Part shown: one piece after another, positions 8,640 through 18,300 of the stretch
How positions within the stretch are numbered: position 1 is the stretch's first letter
How the letters are laid out: each line of letters begins with the position of its first letter
Origin: an uncultured Acidobacteriota bacterium
GTDB lineage: Bacteria; Acidobacteriota; Terriglobia; Acidiferrales; UBA7541
Length of the DNA: 64,000 bases
Direction: 5' to 3'
NCBI GenBank assembly: GCA_963833345.1
Contig: CAWHXI010000001.1
Span: forward strand, 438,025 to 502,024
Translations under genes and position numbers: made by a program
The notes under the pieces: model-generated
The model's database searches: none
The model's input: only the letters and a program-made list of their open reading frames with translations
Told to the model about the DNA's origin: nothing

Positions 8640-11600
8640 ATGAGCCCCACCCAGAGTCGCCTGTTGTGGGGCACGCCGAATCTGGATTCCCGGATCTCCA
8701 TAGCCGCACTCGCACTCCTGGTGGCCACAGTATCCTATCTGGCTGCGAAGCTGGCTGGGGCACTAGTCATTACTATCCCCCAAACGGTTTGGCCAATGTG
8801 GCCCGGGTGCGCGATCTTGGTCGCTGTTCTCCTTCTAGTGCCGCGGAAAACCTGGCCTATTCTTCTTCCTGCGGGCCTGGCCGGTTTTGTTCTCTATGAC
8901 TTGCAAGCGGGTGTCCCCCTTCCTTCGATCGTCTGGCTCATTCTCGTCGACACTCTTGAAATTCTCGTCGCTACCTGGGGGGTGAACTTTTTCCTGCATG
9001 GCAAGCCCCGTTTGGACAGCTTGGGAGCCCTTGCAAAGTACTCACTCTGTACTGTGTTTCTTGCTTCGCTCGTCGTTGCATCACTCGGAAGCCTCCGCTT
9101 AACCGGGGACTTCTGGCTCAGCTGGCGGTTTAGCTTTCTTTCGGAGGCGTTGGGCTTTCTCACTATAACACCGGCCATAATCGGTCTGTTCGGATTGCGC
9201 CGACCGTTTATCCGCGTCTCGCGAGTTCATTACCTGGAAGCAGCCATCCTGTTTTCTGTACTGGCTTCCTTGTGCTACCTCGTGTTCATGGCTCCTGGGA
9301 GGAGCGCTCCGCCGGCACTTCTCTATTCTCTCGTCCCATTTCTTATCTGGTCCGCTCTGCGGTTTGGGTCCGAAGGCGTCGGCTCCTCGGCTACCATTGT
9401 TGCCCTGATGTCCATTTGGGGTGCCGTTCACGGACGCGGCCCCTTCACGGAATCTGACCCCATCAACCGCGTGCTATCGTTGCAGCTCTTCTTATTGTGC
9501 ACTTCCATCCCTTTTATGGTTCTCGCTGTCCTCGTCGAAGAGCGCAAGATCGCACAGGTCGAGCTCAGCGAAAGCGAAGAGCGCTTACGTCTGTCTATGG
9601 AATCCGGTAAAGCAGTAGGCTGGGAGTGGGACCTTAAGACCGGAAGAGACTCCTGGTTCGGTGACCTCAAATCTATGTTCGGAATCCCAGCCGAGCATTT
9701 TGTCGGACGTCCAGAAGACTTCCATCGTTACGTTCACCCGGAGGATCGACATTACGTCTCCCAGGCCGTAGCCGAAGCAAGGCTAAGCCATCTGCCTTAC
9801 GATGCGGAGTTCCGCGTTGTTTGGCCCAACGGGAACGTCCGCTGGGTCGCGGCGAAGGGGAATTTTTACTATTCGGAGACTGGCCTACCCGAGCGCATGC
9901 TAGGCATGGCCCTAGATGTTACGGAGCGCAAACTCGCGGAACAGGCCTTGCGCGAGAGTGAGGCAGCCCTCACGGAAGCGCAGCGGCTTGCAAACGTGGG
10001 CAGCTGGCAATGGGATGTGCAAACCGATACGGTCACCTGGTCAGAACAACTCTATCGGATCGCAGGTATTGATCCCTCTCTGCCCGCCGTCAGTTACCAG
10101 GGGCACGCAACCCTCTACACCCACGAAAGCTGGCTCCGCCTTCGGAGCGCGGTCGAGGAAGCGTTGCGTTCGGGAGCCCCCTACGAACTCGATCTTGAGA
10201 TGAATCACTCCGACGGCACTAGAAAATGGATCATCGCCAAGGGTGAAGTACGTCGCGATGGCGCCGGGAACATCGTCAAGCTTCGCGGTACGGTTGATGA
10301 CATTACCGTTCGCAAACGAGCGCAGGAGGAACTTCGCAAGAGCGAGGAGCGGCTGCGTCTCGCAATCCAGGCCGGAAAAATGTTTACCTGCGACTGGGAC
10401 GCGACCACAAATGTATTCACCCACTCGCCAGAAAGCGTCCAGATTCTCGGGGAGGATCAGGCTAGCTCTAGCACCGGCGAACAAATCTTGGACAGCGTAC
10501 ATACAGAAGATCGAGAGGTATTTACGGCCGCGGCTGCTAGCCTCACCCCCGAAAAGCCCGACATTAGGATCAGCTACCGCATGATGCGCTCGGACGGCAC
10601 CGTGATCTGGTTGGAAAGGAATAGTCGCGCGCAGTTTGACCCACAAGGCAGGTTGCTGCGGATAATCGGCATTGTAACGGACATCACGGAGCGCAAACGC
10701 GCGGAAGATGCAGTCCGGCAAAGCGAAGAAAAGTATCGCAGGATCGTGGAGACTACAAATGAGGGAATTTGGCTTCTTGATTCAAACTTTGACACCTCCT
10801 TTGTGAATCGTCAGATGGCGGAGATGCTCGGATACCAACCGGCAGAAATGCTCGGGCGCAGCGTTTTCGATTTTTTCTTTCCCGAGGATGTTGGGCGCAA
10901 GCGGCGAGGTTTGGCGCGCCGTCGGGAAATGCACAGCGAACAATTGGATGATCGGCTCCGTCGAAAGGACGGCGCTGAATTATGGGTACGAATGACAGCC
11001 ATTCCGATCTCCAAGGACAATGGAGATTTTGGCGGCTCTATGGCGATCGTGGCTGACATTTCCAGCCAGAGGCTAGCAGAAATTGCTCTTCGCGAGAGCG
11101 AATCACGCTTTCGCTTGGTGGCCAACACCGCCCCCATGCTAATTTGGATGTCGGATACCTCAAGGTTGTGCACCTATTTCAATCACTCCTGGCTCGCGTT
11201 CACTGGTCGTTCTATGGAGCAGGAGCTCGGAAATGGCTGGACGGAGGGCGTTCACCCCGAGGATTTGCAAAAGTGTTTTGATACTTATGTTCAGGCTTTT
11301 GATGCGCACGAGAAGTTCACGATAGAGTATCGCCTCCAGCGCTACGACGGCGAATATCGCTGGGTTCTGGATCTTGGGGTGCCCAGGTTCAACCAGGATG
11401 GTTCTTTTGCAGGCTACATTGGCTCGTGTGTAGATGTTACCGACCGCAAGCTCGCCGAAGAAGCCCTTTCTGGCGTGAACAGCAAGCTCATTGAGGCCCA
11501 AGAGCGTGAACGCGCCCGCATCTCCAGAGAGCTTCACGACGACATCAGTCAGCGTCTCGCGATGTTGACCATCGAGTTAGAGCAGCTCGGGCAGAAGTTC

Positions 11601-12128
11601 TTCGATTCGCCTCCCGACTTGCTCCACCGAGTTGCTCGATTACGAAACCAAAGCGCTGACATCGCCACCGACGTTCAATCCTTGTCGCACGAGTTGCACT
11701 CCTCAAAACTGGAATACCTCGGCATTACCACGGCCATGCGAGCCTTCTGTCATGAGTTCTCTGACCAGCAGAATGTCGAAGTCGTTTTTGCTCATGATGA
11801 AATCCCGCGCACGCTCCCGCAGGATATTTCACTTTGCCTCTTCCGCGTCTCGCAGGAAGCTCTGCAAAATGCCTTCAAGCATAGCGGTGTCCGGCACTTC
11901 GATGTGGAGCTCCGTTGCGCCTCTGATGCCATCCAACTTACCGTGCGCGATTCGGGATCCGGATTCGACCCCGAAGGGGCGAGCAAAACGCAAGGGCTTG
12001 GTCTCGTCAGCATGGCGGAGCGTGTGAAGCTCGTGGGAGGGCGGCTTTTGATTGACTCGCAGCCCCATCGTGGCACGACAATCCACGCCAAAGTGCCCCT
12101 CAGCAAAGCCGCAAGCGCGTCGGCGTAA
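8640..12128 (+). CDS. sensor histidine kinase: MASE1-like membrane domain, 5 PAS/PAC modules, HisKA_3, HATPase_c
   Basis: ATG 8640 (MSPTQSRLLWG...) is followed by about 8 hydrophobic helices. Five PAS/PAC units each end in D[IV]T/S-x-RK (DVTERK, DITVRK, DITERK, DISSQR, DVTDRK). Then ERERARISRELHDDISQRL (HisKA_3) and GLGLVSMAERV (ATPase G2 box). Confidence 0.9.
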   Translation: MSPTQSRLLWGTPNLDSRISIAALALLVATVSYLAAKLAGALVITIPQTVWPMWPGCAILVAVLLLVPRKTWPILLPAGLAGFVLYDLQAGVPLPSIVWLILVDTLEILVATWGVNFFLHGKPRLDSLGALAKYSLCTVFLASLVVASLGSLRLTGDFWLSWRFSFLSEALGFLTITPAIIGLFGLRRPFIRVSRVHYLEAAILFSVLASLCYLVFMAPGRSAPPALLYSLVPFLIWSALRFGSEGVGSSATIVALMSIWGAVHGRGPFTESDPINRVLSLQLFLLCTSIPFMVLAVLVEERKIAQVELSESEERLRLSMESGKAVGWEWDLKTGRDSWFGDLKSMFGIPAEHFVGRPEDFHRYVHPEDRHYVSQAVAEARLSHLPYDAEFRVVWPNGNVRWVAAKGNFYYSETGLPERMLGMALDVTERKLAEQALRESEAALTEAQRLANVGSWQWDVQTDTVTWSEQLYRIAGIDPSLPAVSYQGHATLYTHESWLRLRSAVEEALRSGAPYELDLEMNHSDGTRKWIIAKGEVRRDGAGNIVKLRGTVDDITVRKRAQEELRKSEERLRLAIQAGKMFTCDWDATTNVFTHSPESVQILGEDQASSSTGEQILDSVHTEDREVFTAAAASLTPEKPDIRISYRMMRSDGTVIWLERNSRAQFDPQGRLLRIIGIVTDITERKRAEDAVRQSEEKYRRIVETTNEGIWLLDSNFDTSFVNRQMAEMLGYQPAEMLGRSVFDFFFPEDVGRKRRGLARRREMHSEQLDDRLRRKDGAELWVRMTAIPISKDNGDFGGSMAIVADISSQRLAEIALRESESRFRLVANTAPMLIWMSDTSRLCTYFNHSWLAFTGRSMEQELGNGWTEGVHPEDLQKCFDTYVQAFDAHEKFTIEYRLQRYDGEYRWVLDLGVPRFNQDGSFAGYIGSCVDVTDRKLAEEALSGVNSKLIEAQERERARISRELHDDISQRLAMLTIELEQLGQKFFDSPPDLLHRVARLRNQSADIATDVQSLSHELHSSKLEYLGITTAMRAFCHEFSDQQNVEVVFAHDEIPRTLPQDISLCLFRVSQEALQNAFKHSGVRHFDVELRCASDAIQLTVRDSGSGFDPEGASKTQGLGLVSMAERVKLVGGRLLIDSQPHRGTTIHAKVPLSKAASASA

Positions 12129-12307
12129 TAGCGCAGTCCGCCCCCAAACGGAGTCCTGTCTCTCTCTCGCCAGCCCGCTCTTTTCCGCGGCCGCCTCTGG
12201 TTTGACTGTCACTTTTGCCGCTTTACTTCACAAGACCGCTCGGCTATCGTCTGTCGAGAGAACAGGGTCATACCTGATTGTGTACGGGATATTCTGGTTG
12301 AGACCTT

Positions 12308-12508
12308 ATGCCCTGCAAGAAATGCGGGTCGGATCACCTGACGGAGTATGGCTCAGAGATTAATGTGCACTCTCTCGGAACCAGCGACCTGGACAAGCAA
12401 GCTGTCTTGCTGTTCCCGAAACTCTTGGTCTGCCTAAAGTGCGGTTTTACGGAGTTTACCATCTCGGAGCGCGATTTGCCCCTCCTTTCAAAGCGCGCAG
12501 AGCAATGA
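12308..12508 (+). CDS. small 4-Cys zinc-ribbon-like protein (66 aa), paralog of 14999..15229
   Basis: MPCKKCGS...LFPKLLVCLKCGFTEF: CxxC...CxxC. Aligns without gaps to the 14999 ORF. Confidence 0.6.
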   Translation: MPCKKCGSDHLTEYGSEINVHSLGTSDLDKQAVLLFPKLLVCLKCGFTEFTISERDLPLLSKRAEQ

Positions 12509-12609
12509 GCTTCAGCTGGCTTAGGTCGGCTTTTCAACTGCATAGCTAACTGAGTGCTCTTCAAAAACACGATATAAAATGTAGCTCTCCTCGTCGCCGT
12601 GCGAACTAC

Positions 12610-12909
12610 TCAAGTGCGACTAACATACTGTTCGCCCGTAAGGACAGCTTCCACAGCCGCGAGCAGGTCGGTGCCAGCTCGAGTTTTCACAACATAACCC
12701 AGTGCCCCCAAGCTGAGCGCCTCTTGCACTACATCCTCGGAGGATTCTTGGGTCAGAAAAATTATTTTGGCGCTTGGAACGATCTTGCGGATTTGCCGGC
12801 CAGCCTCAATTCCATTCAAACCGGGGAGACCGATGTCGAGCAGAATCAGATCGGGGTTAAGTTCTTTGGCCTTCTGGACGGCGGCTAACCCGTCTGAAAG
12901 TTCGCACAC
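12610..12909 (-). CDS. response regulator receiver protein (REC only); N-terminus disrupted or without a canonical start
   Basis: DLILLDIGLPGLNG...IIFLTQ...GALGYVVK. The beta1/acidic-pocket segment RIRVLVVEDFEPF is encoded in frame upstream (to 13029), but no ATG/GTG/TTG is available there (see finding). Confidence 0.75.
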   Translation of the reverse strand: MCELSDGLAAVQKAKELNPDLILLDIGLPGLNGIEAGRQIRKIVPSAKIIFLTQESSEDVVQEALSLGALGYVVKTRAGTDLLAAVEAVLTGEQYVSRT

Positions 12910-13147
12910 TACTTCCAGCTCCGGCTTTTGCTTGAGCGCCGTGCAAACGAAAGACCGAAAAGGTTCAAAATCCTCTACTACCAGGACTCGTATGCGCGAT
13001 GTTGTCAGGGGGCCCCATTTCTGAAGAGGTCACATCACGAACTGTGGGGGACGCGACAATACTAGTCGAACTTCTTCCTCAAGCGCAACTCATTCGTTTT
13101 CTGTTAATTCGTTTCAAAGCATTCAAGCAGATTCTTACGTGCTAGCC

Positions 13148-14599
13148 TCACTCCAAGCTGATCGGCACGTAGATCAATCTGCCCTCCCGCTGGATTTGCA
13201 GCACAAAAGGGACTCCCGGTGGGCAAGCTTTCAATGCTGAGCGCAAGCGCTCTAAGGTAGTCATAGGCTGGGTGTTCAAACTGCGGATCACATCCCCCGG
13301 CGCAAGAGGGACGTCCCCTAGGGATCCCGTCACCCGCGCGGTCACAACAATGCCAAACGGATCTCTCAATCCCCGCAACATAGCAGCGGTCTTCTTGTCG
13401 ATTTCCACACCCACTATGCCTAGCGGTGAAATCAGATTCTTTTGAGGGTCCGCAAGCGAGATGAGCTGATCCACATCTTGGCCTTCCTCAACCGTCCCCA
13501 CGCTGAAAACTTGTTTCGCTGTTCCTCTGAGAACGGTGACTTGCACCTTGTCTGCTGAATCCCGCAGGAGGAAAAAATAGTTCACACTCGGCAGGTTGTC
13601 GGCAGGCTGCCCATCGATCGACACCAGTATATCGCCAACCATCAAGCCCGCTGCTTCCGCAGGACCCCCAGGAAGCACGTCCGAAATGATGACCCCATAT
13701 TCCTGTTTCAATCCAAGTCCCACAGCAATGGACGGCGTGATGGTTTGGATTCCAATACCAATCTCTTGCCTGCGCAGGTGTCCGAACTGCTTCAGCTGCC
13801 GGTACACCGTTCTGACCGTTGCCGAAGGGATGGCAAAACCCAACCCCTCGTTCCCACCCGATTGCGAAAGGATGAATGTGTTTACGCCAACGACCTCTCC
13901 ATTTAAGTTTACAAGCGGACCGCCCGAGTTCCCCGGGTTGATCGGTGCGTCGGTTTGGATGTAGATCAGCGGCGAATCAGGGTCGAGTTGCCTTGCCACC
14001 GCCGAGATCAACCCATGAGTGATGGAATTTCTTAGCCCTTCGGGGCTGCCAAAAGCAAAAACAGTATGGCCTTGCCTCACCTCCCGGTAGGACGCTAGCG
14101 GCAGTGCCGGAAGTTTTGTGTTTTCAATTTTTAGCAGCGCGAGGTCCTTCTCACGCGCCACTCCGATGAGTCGAGCCGGGACGGTATCGATCCTTCCCGA
14201 AAGGGCAGTCGCCAGCGAACCGTCCGTGTTTGGGGGTGGAAGGACGACCTCGATGCGCTGCGCTCCGTTCACCACATGCGCGTTCGTTATGATGTAGCCT
14301 TCCGCATCGATGACGAACCCCGAACCGCTGGCGCGTTGCCGTCCAATCACGGCCCCCGCATTCCCCCGGCTGCTATCCTCGAGGGGCGCATAGGCCGTCA
14401 CGATGATCTGGACGACGCTCGGCGAAACCTTTTTGATCAGCGCATCCACCATCGAGTCAAATTGGCTGGCGGATTTTGCCGTGGAAGGTGCTTGGGCGAG
14501 GGCTTGGAACGCGAATCCGAACAGCACACACTGTACCAAAATGGCGCGGCAGCCGAGCCTCTTGGCAAACCGAACGCGATGAAAGCCGACTTCAGGCAT
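13148..14599 (-). CDS. HtrA/DegP/DegQ-family periplasmic serine protease (trypsin-like domain + 2 PDZ)
   Basis: GSGFVIDAEGYIITNAHVV (His), D in REKDLALLKI, GNSGGPLVNLNGEVVGVNT (Ser). Two PDZ-like segments follow. ATG at 14599 is preceded by AAGGAG; the ORF track extends to 14665. Confidence 0.9.
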   Translation of the reverse strand: MPEVGFHRVRFAKRLGCRAILVQCVLFGFAFQALAQAPSTAKSASQFDSMVDALIKKVSPSVVQIIVTAYAPLEDSSRGNAGAVIGRQRASGSGFVIDAEGYIITNAHVVNGAQRIEVVLPPPNTDGSLATALSGRIDTVPARLIGVAREKDLALLKIENTKLPALPLASYREVRQGHTVFAFGSPEGLRNSITHGLISAVARQLDPDSPLIYIQTDAPINPGNSGGPLVNLNGEVVGVNTFILSQSGGNEGLGFAIPSATVRTVYRQLKQFGHLRRQEIGIGIQTITPSIAVGLGLKQEYGVIISDVLPGGPAEAAGLMVGDILVSIDGQPADNLPSVNYFFLLRDSADKVQVTVLRGTAKQVFSVGTVEEGQDVDQLISLADPQKNLISPLGIVGVEIDKKTAAMLRGLRDPFGIVVTARVTGSLGDVPLAPGDVIRSLNTQPMTTLERLRSALKACPPGVPFVLQIQREGRLIYVPISLE

Positions 14600-14998
14600 T
14601 CGACACGCTCCTTTTCCTGGGTCGCCCGATTCGAGAGCCGCTCGATCTTCTGAGCGCTTGGCCACAGGTTTACCCTGTCGGTTCGCGCAGCTCTCCCCGA
14701 GCGTTGGCAGCTTATGACTGCCTACTTAGCTCAGTACACTGGCAAAACTACCGCGTCGCTTTAGCGCTACCCTTGCGCCAGAAGCTAGAGTCGGACTACC
14801 GCCACCCAGGAGCGCGCGCCCCGGGCGTCGCCACTTACAATCCGGTTGCTGCGTCAATCTGCGCCTTGGGGAGAAAAGCCCGCACTAAAATGTGCAATGT
14901 TGGACAGTCAGACCAGATTCTGATTATCTACACTCGCCTCCTAGAGTCTCCAGGTTTGTGTCCACTGGCACGGACCATCAGGAAGTGTGGGAGGGTTT

Positions 14999-15229
14999 AT
15001 GTCTTGTCTGGCATGCGAGTCGGCTAATCAGGTTGAATTCTCTGCTGAGATAATCCTCCATTTCGCGGCGCTCCAAACCTTGGATATTCCACGTGTCGAG
15101 CTATTCCCCAAGCTTTTAGTCTGCTTGGATTGCGGCTTTAGCCGTTTTAACGTCTCACCACTCGAATTGGCGTCGCTTGCCACTGGTACTCAGAGAGCGG
15201 AACGGTTCACGAGGCAGGCGCATCCATAA
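14999..15229 (+). CDS. small 4-Cys zinc-ribbon-like protein (76 aa), paralog of 12308..12508
   Basis: ATG 14999 is preceded by GGGAGGG. MSCLACES...LFPKLLVCLDCGFSRF. The N-terminus aligns exactly with the paralog when this ATG is used. Confidence 0.6.
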   Translation: MSCLACESANQVEFSAEIILHFAALQTLDIPRVELFPKLLVCLDCGFSRFNVSPLELASLATGTQRAERFTRQAHP

Positions 15230-15332
15230 ACCACACTCTTCAGCAGTCCCTCATCAGTCACGAACACTCTTTTGAATCCTTCTAGTTGAATCACTGCCAA
15301 GTATCATTGATAAAAGTATTAAAAGTGGAGGA

Positions 15333-18300
15333 GTGATGCGCTCACTCGGGGTGTGGTCTGTCCTGGCGGTCTCTCTCTTTTACAGCGGCAGCGGAGCCAT
15401 TGCTGCCGCGCAAGACGCTCCCAGTCCGTTGATAGTGGAAGAAGACAAGATGCGCTTCCGCTTGCTTCCTCATACTGTTCTCGAATTGCCTGTCGTTAAT
15501 TCCACCAATAAACCCGTCTCTGGAAAGTTCAAGCTGTCGTTGCTCAACTACGAGGACGACTCGGTTGCCGCCGCGATGTCAGGAACGTTTGTCGAGTCAC
15601 CGGGCGAAACCGTAGAGAAGATCGATTGGCCAGTCGCACATTTGCCGAGCGACACGCCAACCGAACTCGGCTGGTATCGCCTGCAATACAGCTTTGAGCC
15701 AGAAACCGAGTCTGGCGTACCAGCGGCCAGCGGAATCGTCCAGCTTGGTAAAATCATTACCGACGGGTTCGGAATAACCATCGCTGCGGCAACGAAAGTC
15801 GCGCCCGGCAGCAAGTATCCTGTACGCCTCCATGTAGAAAACCCATCGACGCACCAGCCCTATGCGAATAGTCCCATCGAGCTCGTGCTAGAGTTCGGCG
15901 ACAACGAAGATACTGACGTTAAGCGCAAGATCAAAACCGATGCGGCAGGCAATGCTACCGCTGCCTTTGACCTGCCGCAGAATCCTTCGGATCAACGCGG
16001 AGAGGTCACTGCCACAGTGGCCCGCGGTCCATACAGCGAAGAAGCCAAGCTCGAGTTTGAATTCCCGGATAAGCCCGCTCCGGCACTAACCGTCACAACT
16101 GATAAGCCGCTCTACCAGCCTGGCCAAACCGTTCATGTACGTCTTTTTGCCATCGATTCGGACAGGCACGCCATGGCCGGCGCGAAGTTAGACGTGGAAA
16201 TTGACGATGAAGCTGGCGGCGAACAGTTCCATGAAAAACTGACCACTTCTCGCTTTGGCATTGCTTCGGCGGATTGGGAAATCCCAAAAAAGCTGCAACT
16301 TGGCAATTCCACTATAGTCGCCCAATTTGACCGTTCGGAAGCCGACTACTGGAGTCAACGCCGCACCGAAATCCGCATTAGCCGCTATGAGTTGCCAACT
16401 TTCACCGTCAGCGTCGACCCCGACCATACGTATTATCTCCCCGGCAGCAATGCTGTCGTGGATGTGCATGCGGATTATCTTTTTGACAGGCCTGTGCAAC
16501 ACGGCAAAGTAAGAATCGTACAGCAGGAGAACCGGCACTGGGATTATGCAACGCAGAAATGGGAAGTCGACGAATCGGCGCCCGTCGAAGGTGAACTCGG
16601 GAGCGATGGCCATTTCAAAGGCACGATCAACCTTGCCGACGAATTCAAAAGTTTCAAGGAAGGCGATTCCGATCGATTCGAAGATCTTACTCTGGCGGCG
16701 TATTTGACGGACTCCTCAACCGGCCGCACCGAGCAGCGAAGGTTCAAAATCCGCATAACCGCCCAGCCCATTCACCTGTACGTTCTCGAGTCGGCCACCG
16801 CGCACCGCAATCAGCCTTCTGTTTTCTATGTCACCAGTTCGTACGCCGATGGAACCCCTGTCTCGGCAAAGGGGAAGATATTCGCTGCGCAACCCACCAA
16901 TGACGAGAATTCTCAGAACGGCTTTGACCTCAGCCGCCGCAGGCAAATTGGCAGTTTCCGTACGAATCGCTTTGGCGTCGGCCGCGTGGAAGTTTCTCCC
17001 TTTCTGGAAGAGGATCTTCGCATCCCAACGTGGTACCCCCATCGGCACAATTATCAATATGGCTACGATGAAGCGTCCACTAATGAACCCACCGAGCGTA
17101 CTGCATGGCTCGTACTAGAAGCTCTCGATTCCAAAGGATTAAGCGGTGAGTACGATCAGCAACTTTCCGTCGCAACCAATGATGAATTCCTCCGCGTCCA
17201 GACTGATCAAACTCTATATCACCCCGGAGATTCGATCCTTGTCACGCTGAATTCCAACTCGAAAAATAGAGATGCAGTGTTGAGTGTTTGGGGCGAGAAA
17301 GGACTCCTGTCCTCCCAGCTCGTGCCTTTGGTCCGCGGCCACGCCACCGCAACGGTTGAATTCGATCCGCGCTTCCTCGGAAGTGTTTTTCTGACGGCCT
17401 CCAGCCTGGTTCCTTCCGGCGATCAGCAAACGGCGCTCTACGGATGGACGCAAGTCCTCTACCCGGCCCGCAAAGAGCTAGAAGTAAAGGTAAAGATGCC
17501 GCAAACCACTTTCAAACCCGGTGAGCAAGTTTCCGCCGACGTCCGCGTTCTGACTCCGGAAGGCCATTCGACGGAAAGCGCCCTGGGACTTCTGGTCTTC
17601 GATCGTGCTGTGGCGGAACGCGTTCGAACCGACGAGGATTTCGGACGCGATTATGGCTACTCCATCTTTGATTACTTTGGCTGGGAATATCAACGCAGTA
17701 TTGGTGGCATCAGTCATCGCGACTTGCTTGATTTGGACGCGACCAAGCCATTTCCCGAAGGGCTGGACCTCGTTGCCGAGGGCATGATGCGCACGGGTTC
17801 TGGTCCATGGATGGCCGTCGAATCACTGGAGGGCGGGGGATGGGACGCGCTCGGCGCGTCCGGCACTTTTTCGAAATGGATGCAGATCATGCTCCAACCG
17901 GTCAGAAAAGCTTTGAATGACTGGTACTCCGCGAACGGTGAATACCCAAGCGATGAAACCGGCGTGCGCGCGGCGCTACAGTCGAAAGGTATTGATACCG
18001 ATCAGATCCGCGATCCCTGGGGCAATCCTTTTCTCGTTAAATCTTTTTTTAAGGGCGCGGACCATGTCGTGAACCTCCTCAGCAGCGGTGTGGATAAGAA
18101 GCCCGGCACCAGCGATGACTTCGTCGTCGCCACTTTTCACTGGCCCTACTTTCGTAAAATTGGAATGCAAATCGACCACGCGTCCGCCCAATATTTCTCA
18201 GCGACCGGGAAATATATCCGCGACTATGACACTCTGAAAGAGGAAATGAGAGAGCAGGGAATCGATCTGGATACTCTCCGCGATCCGTGGGGCCACGCGT

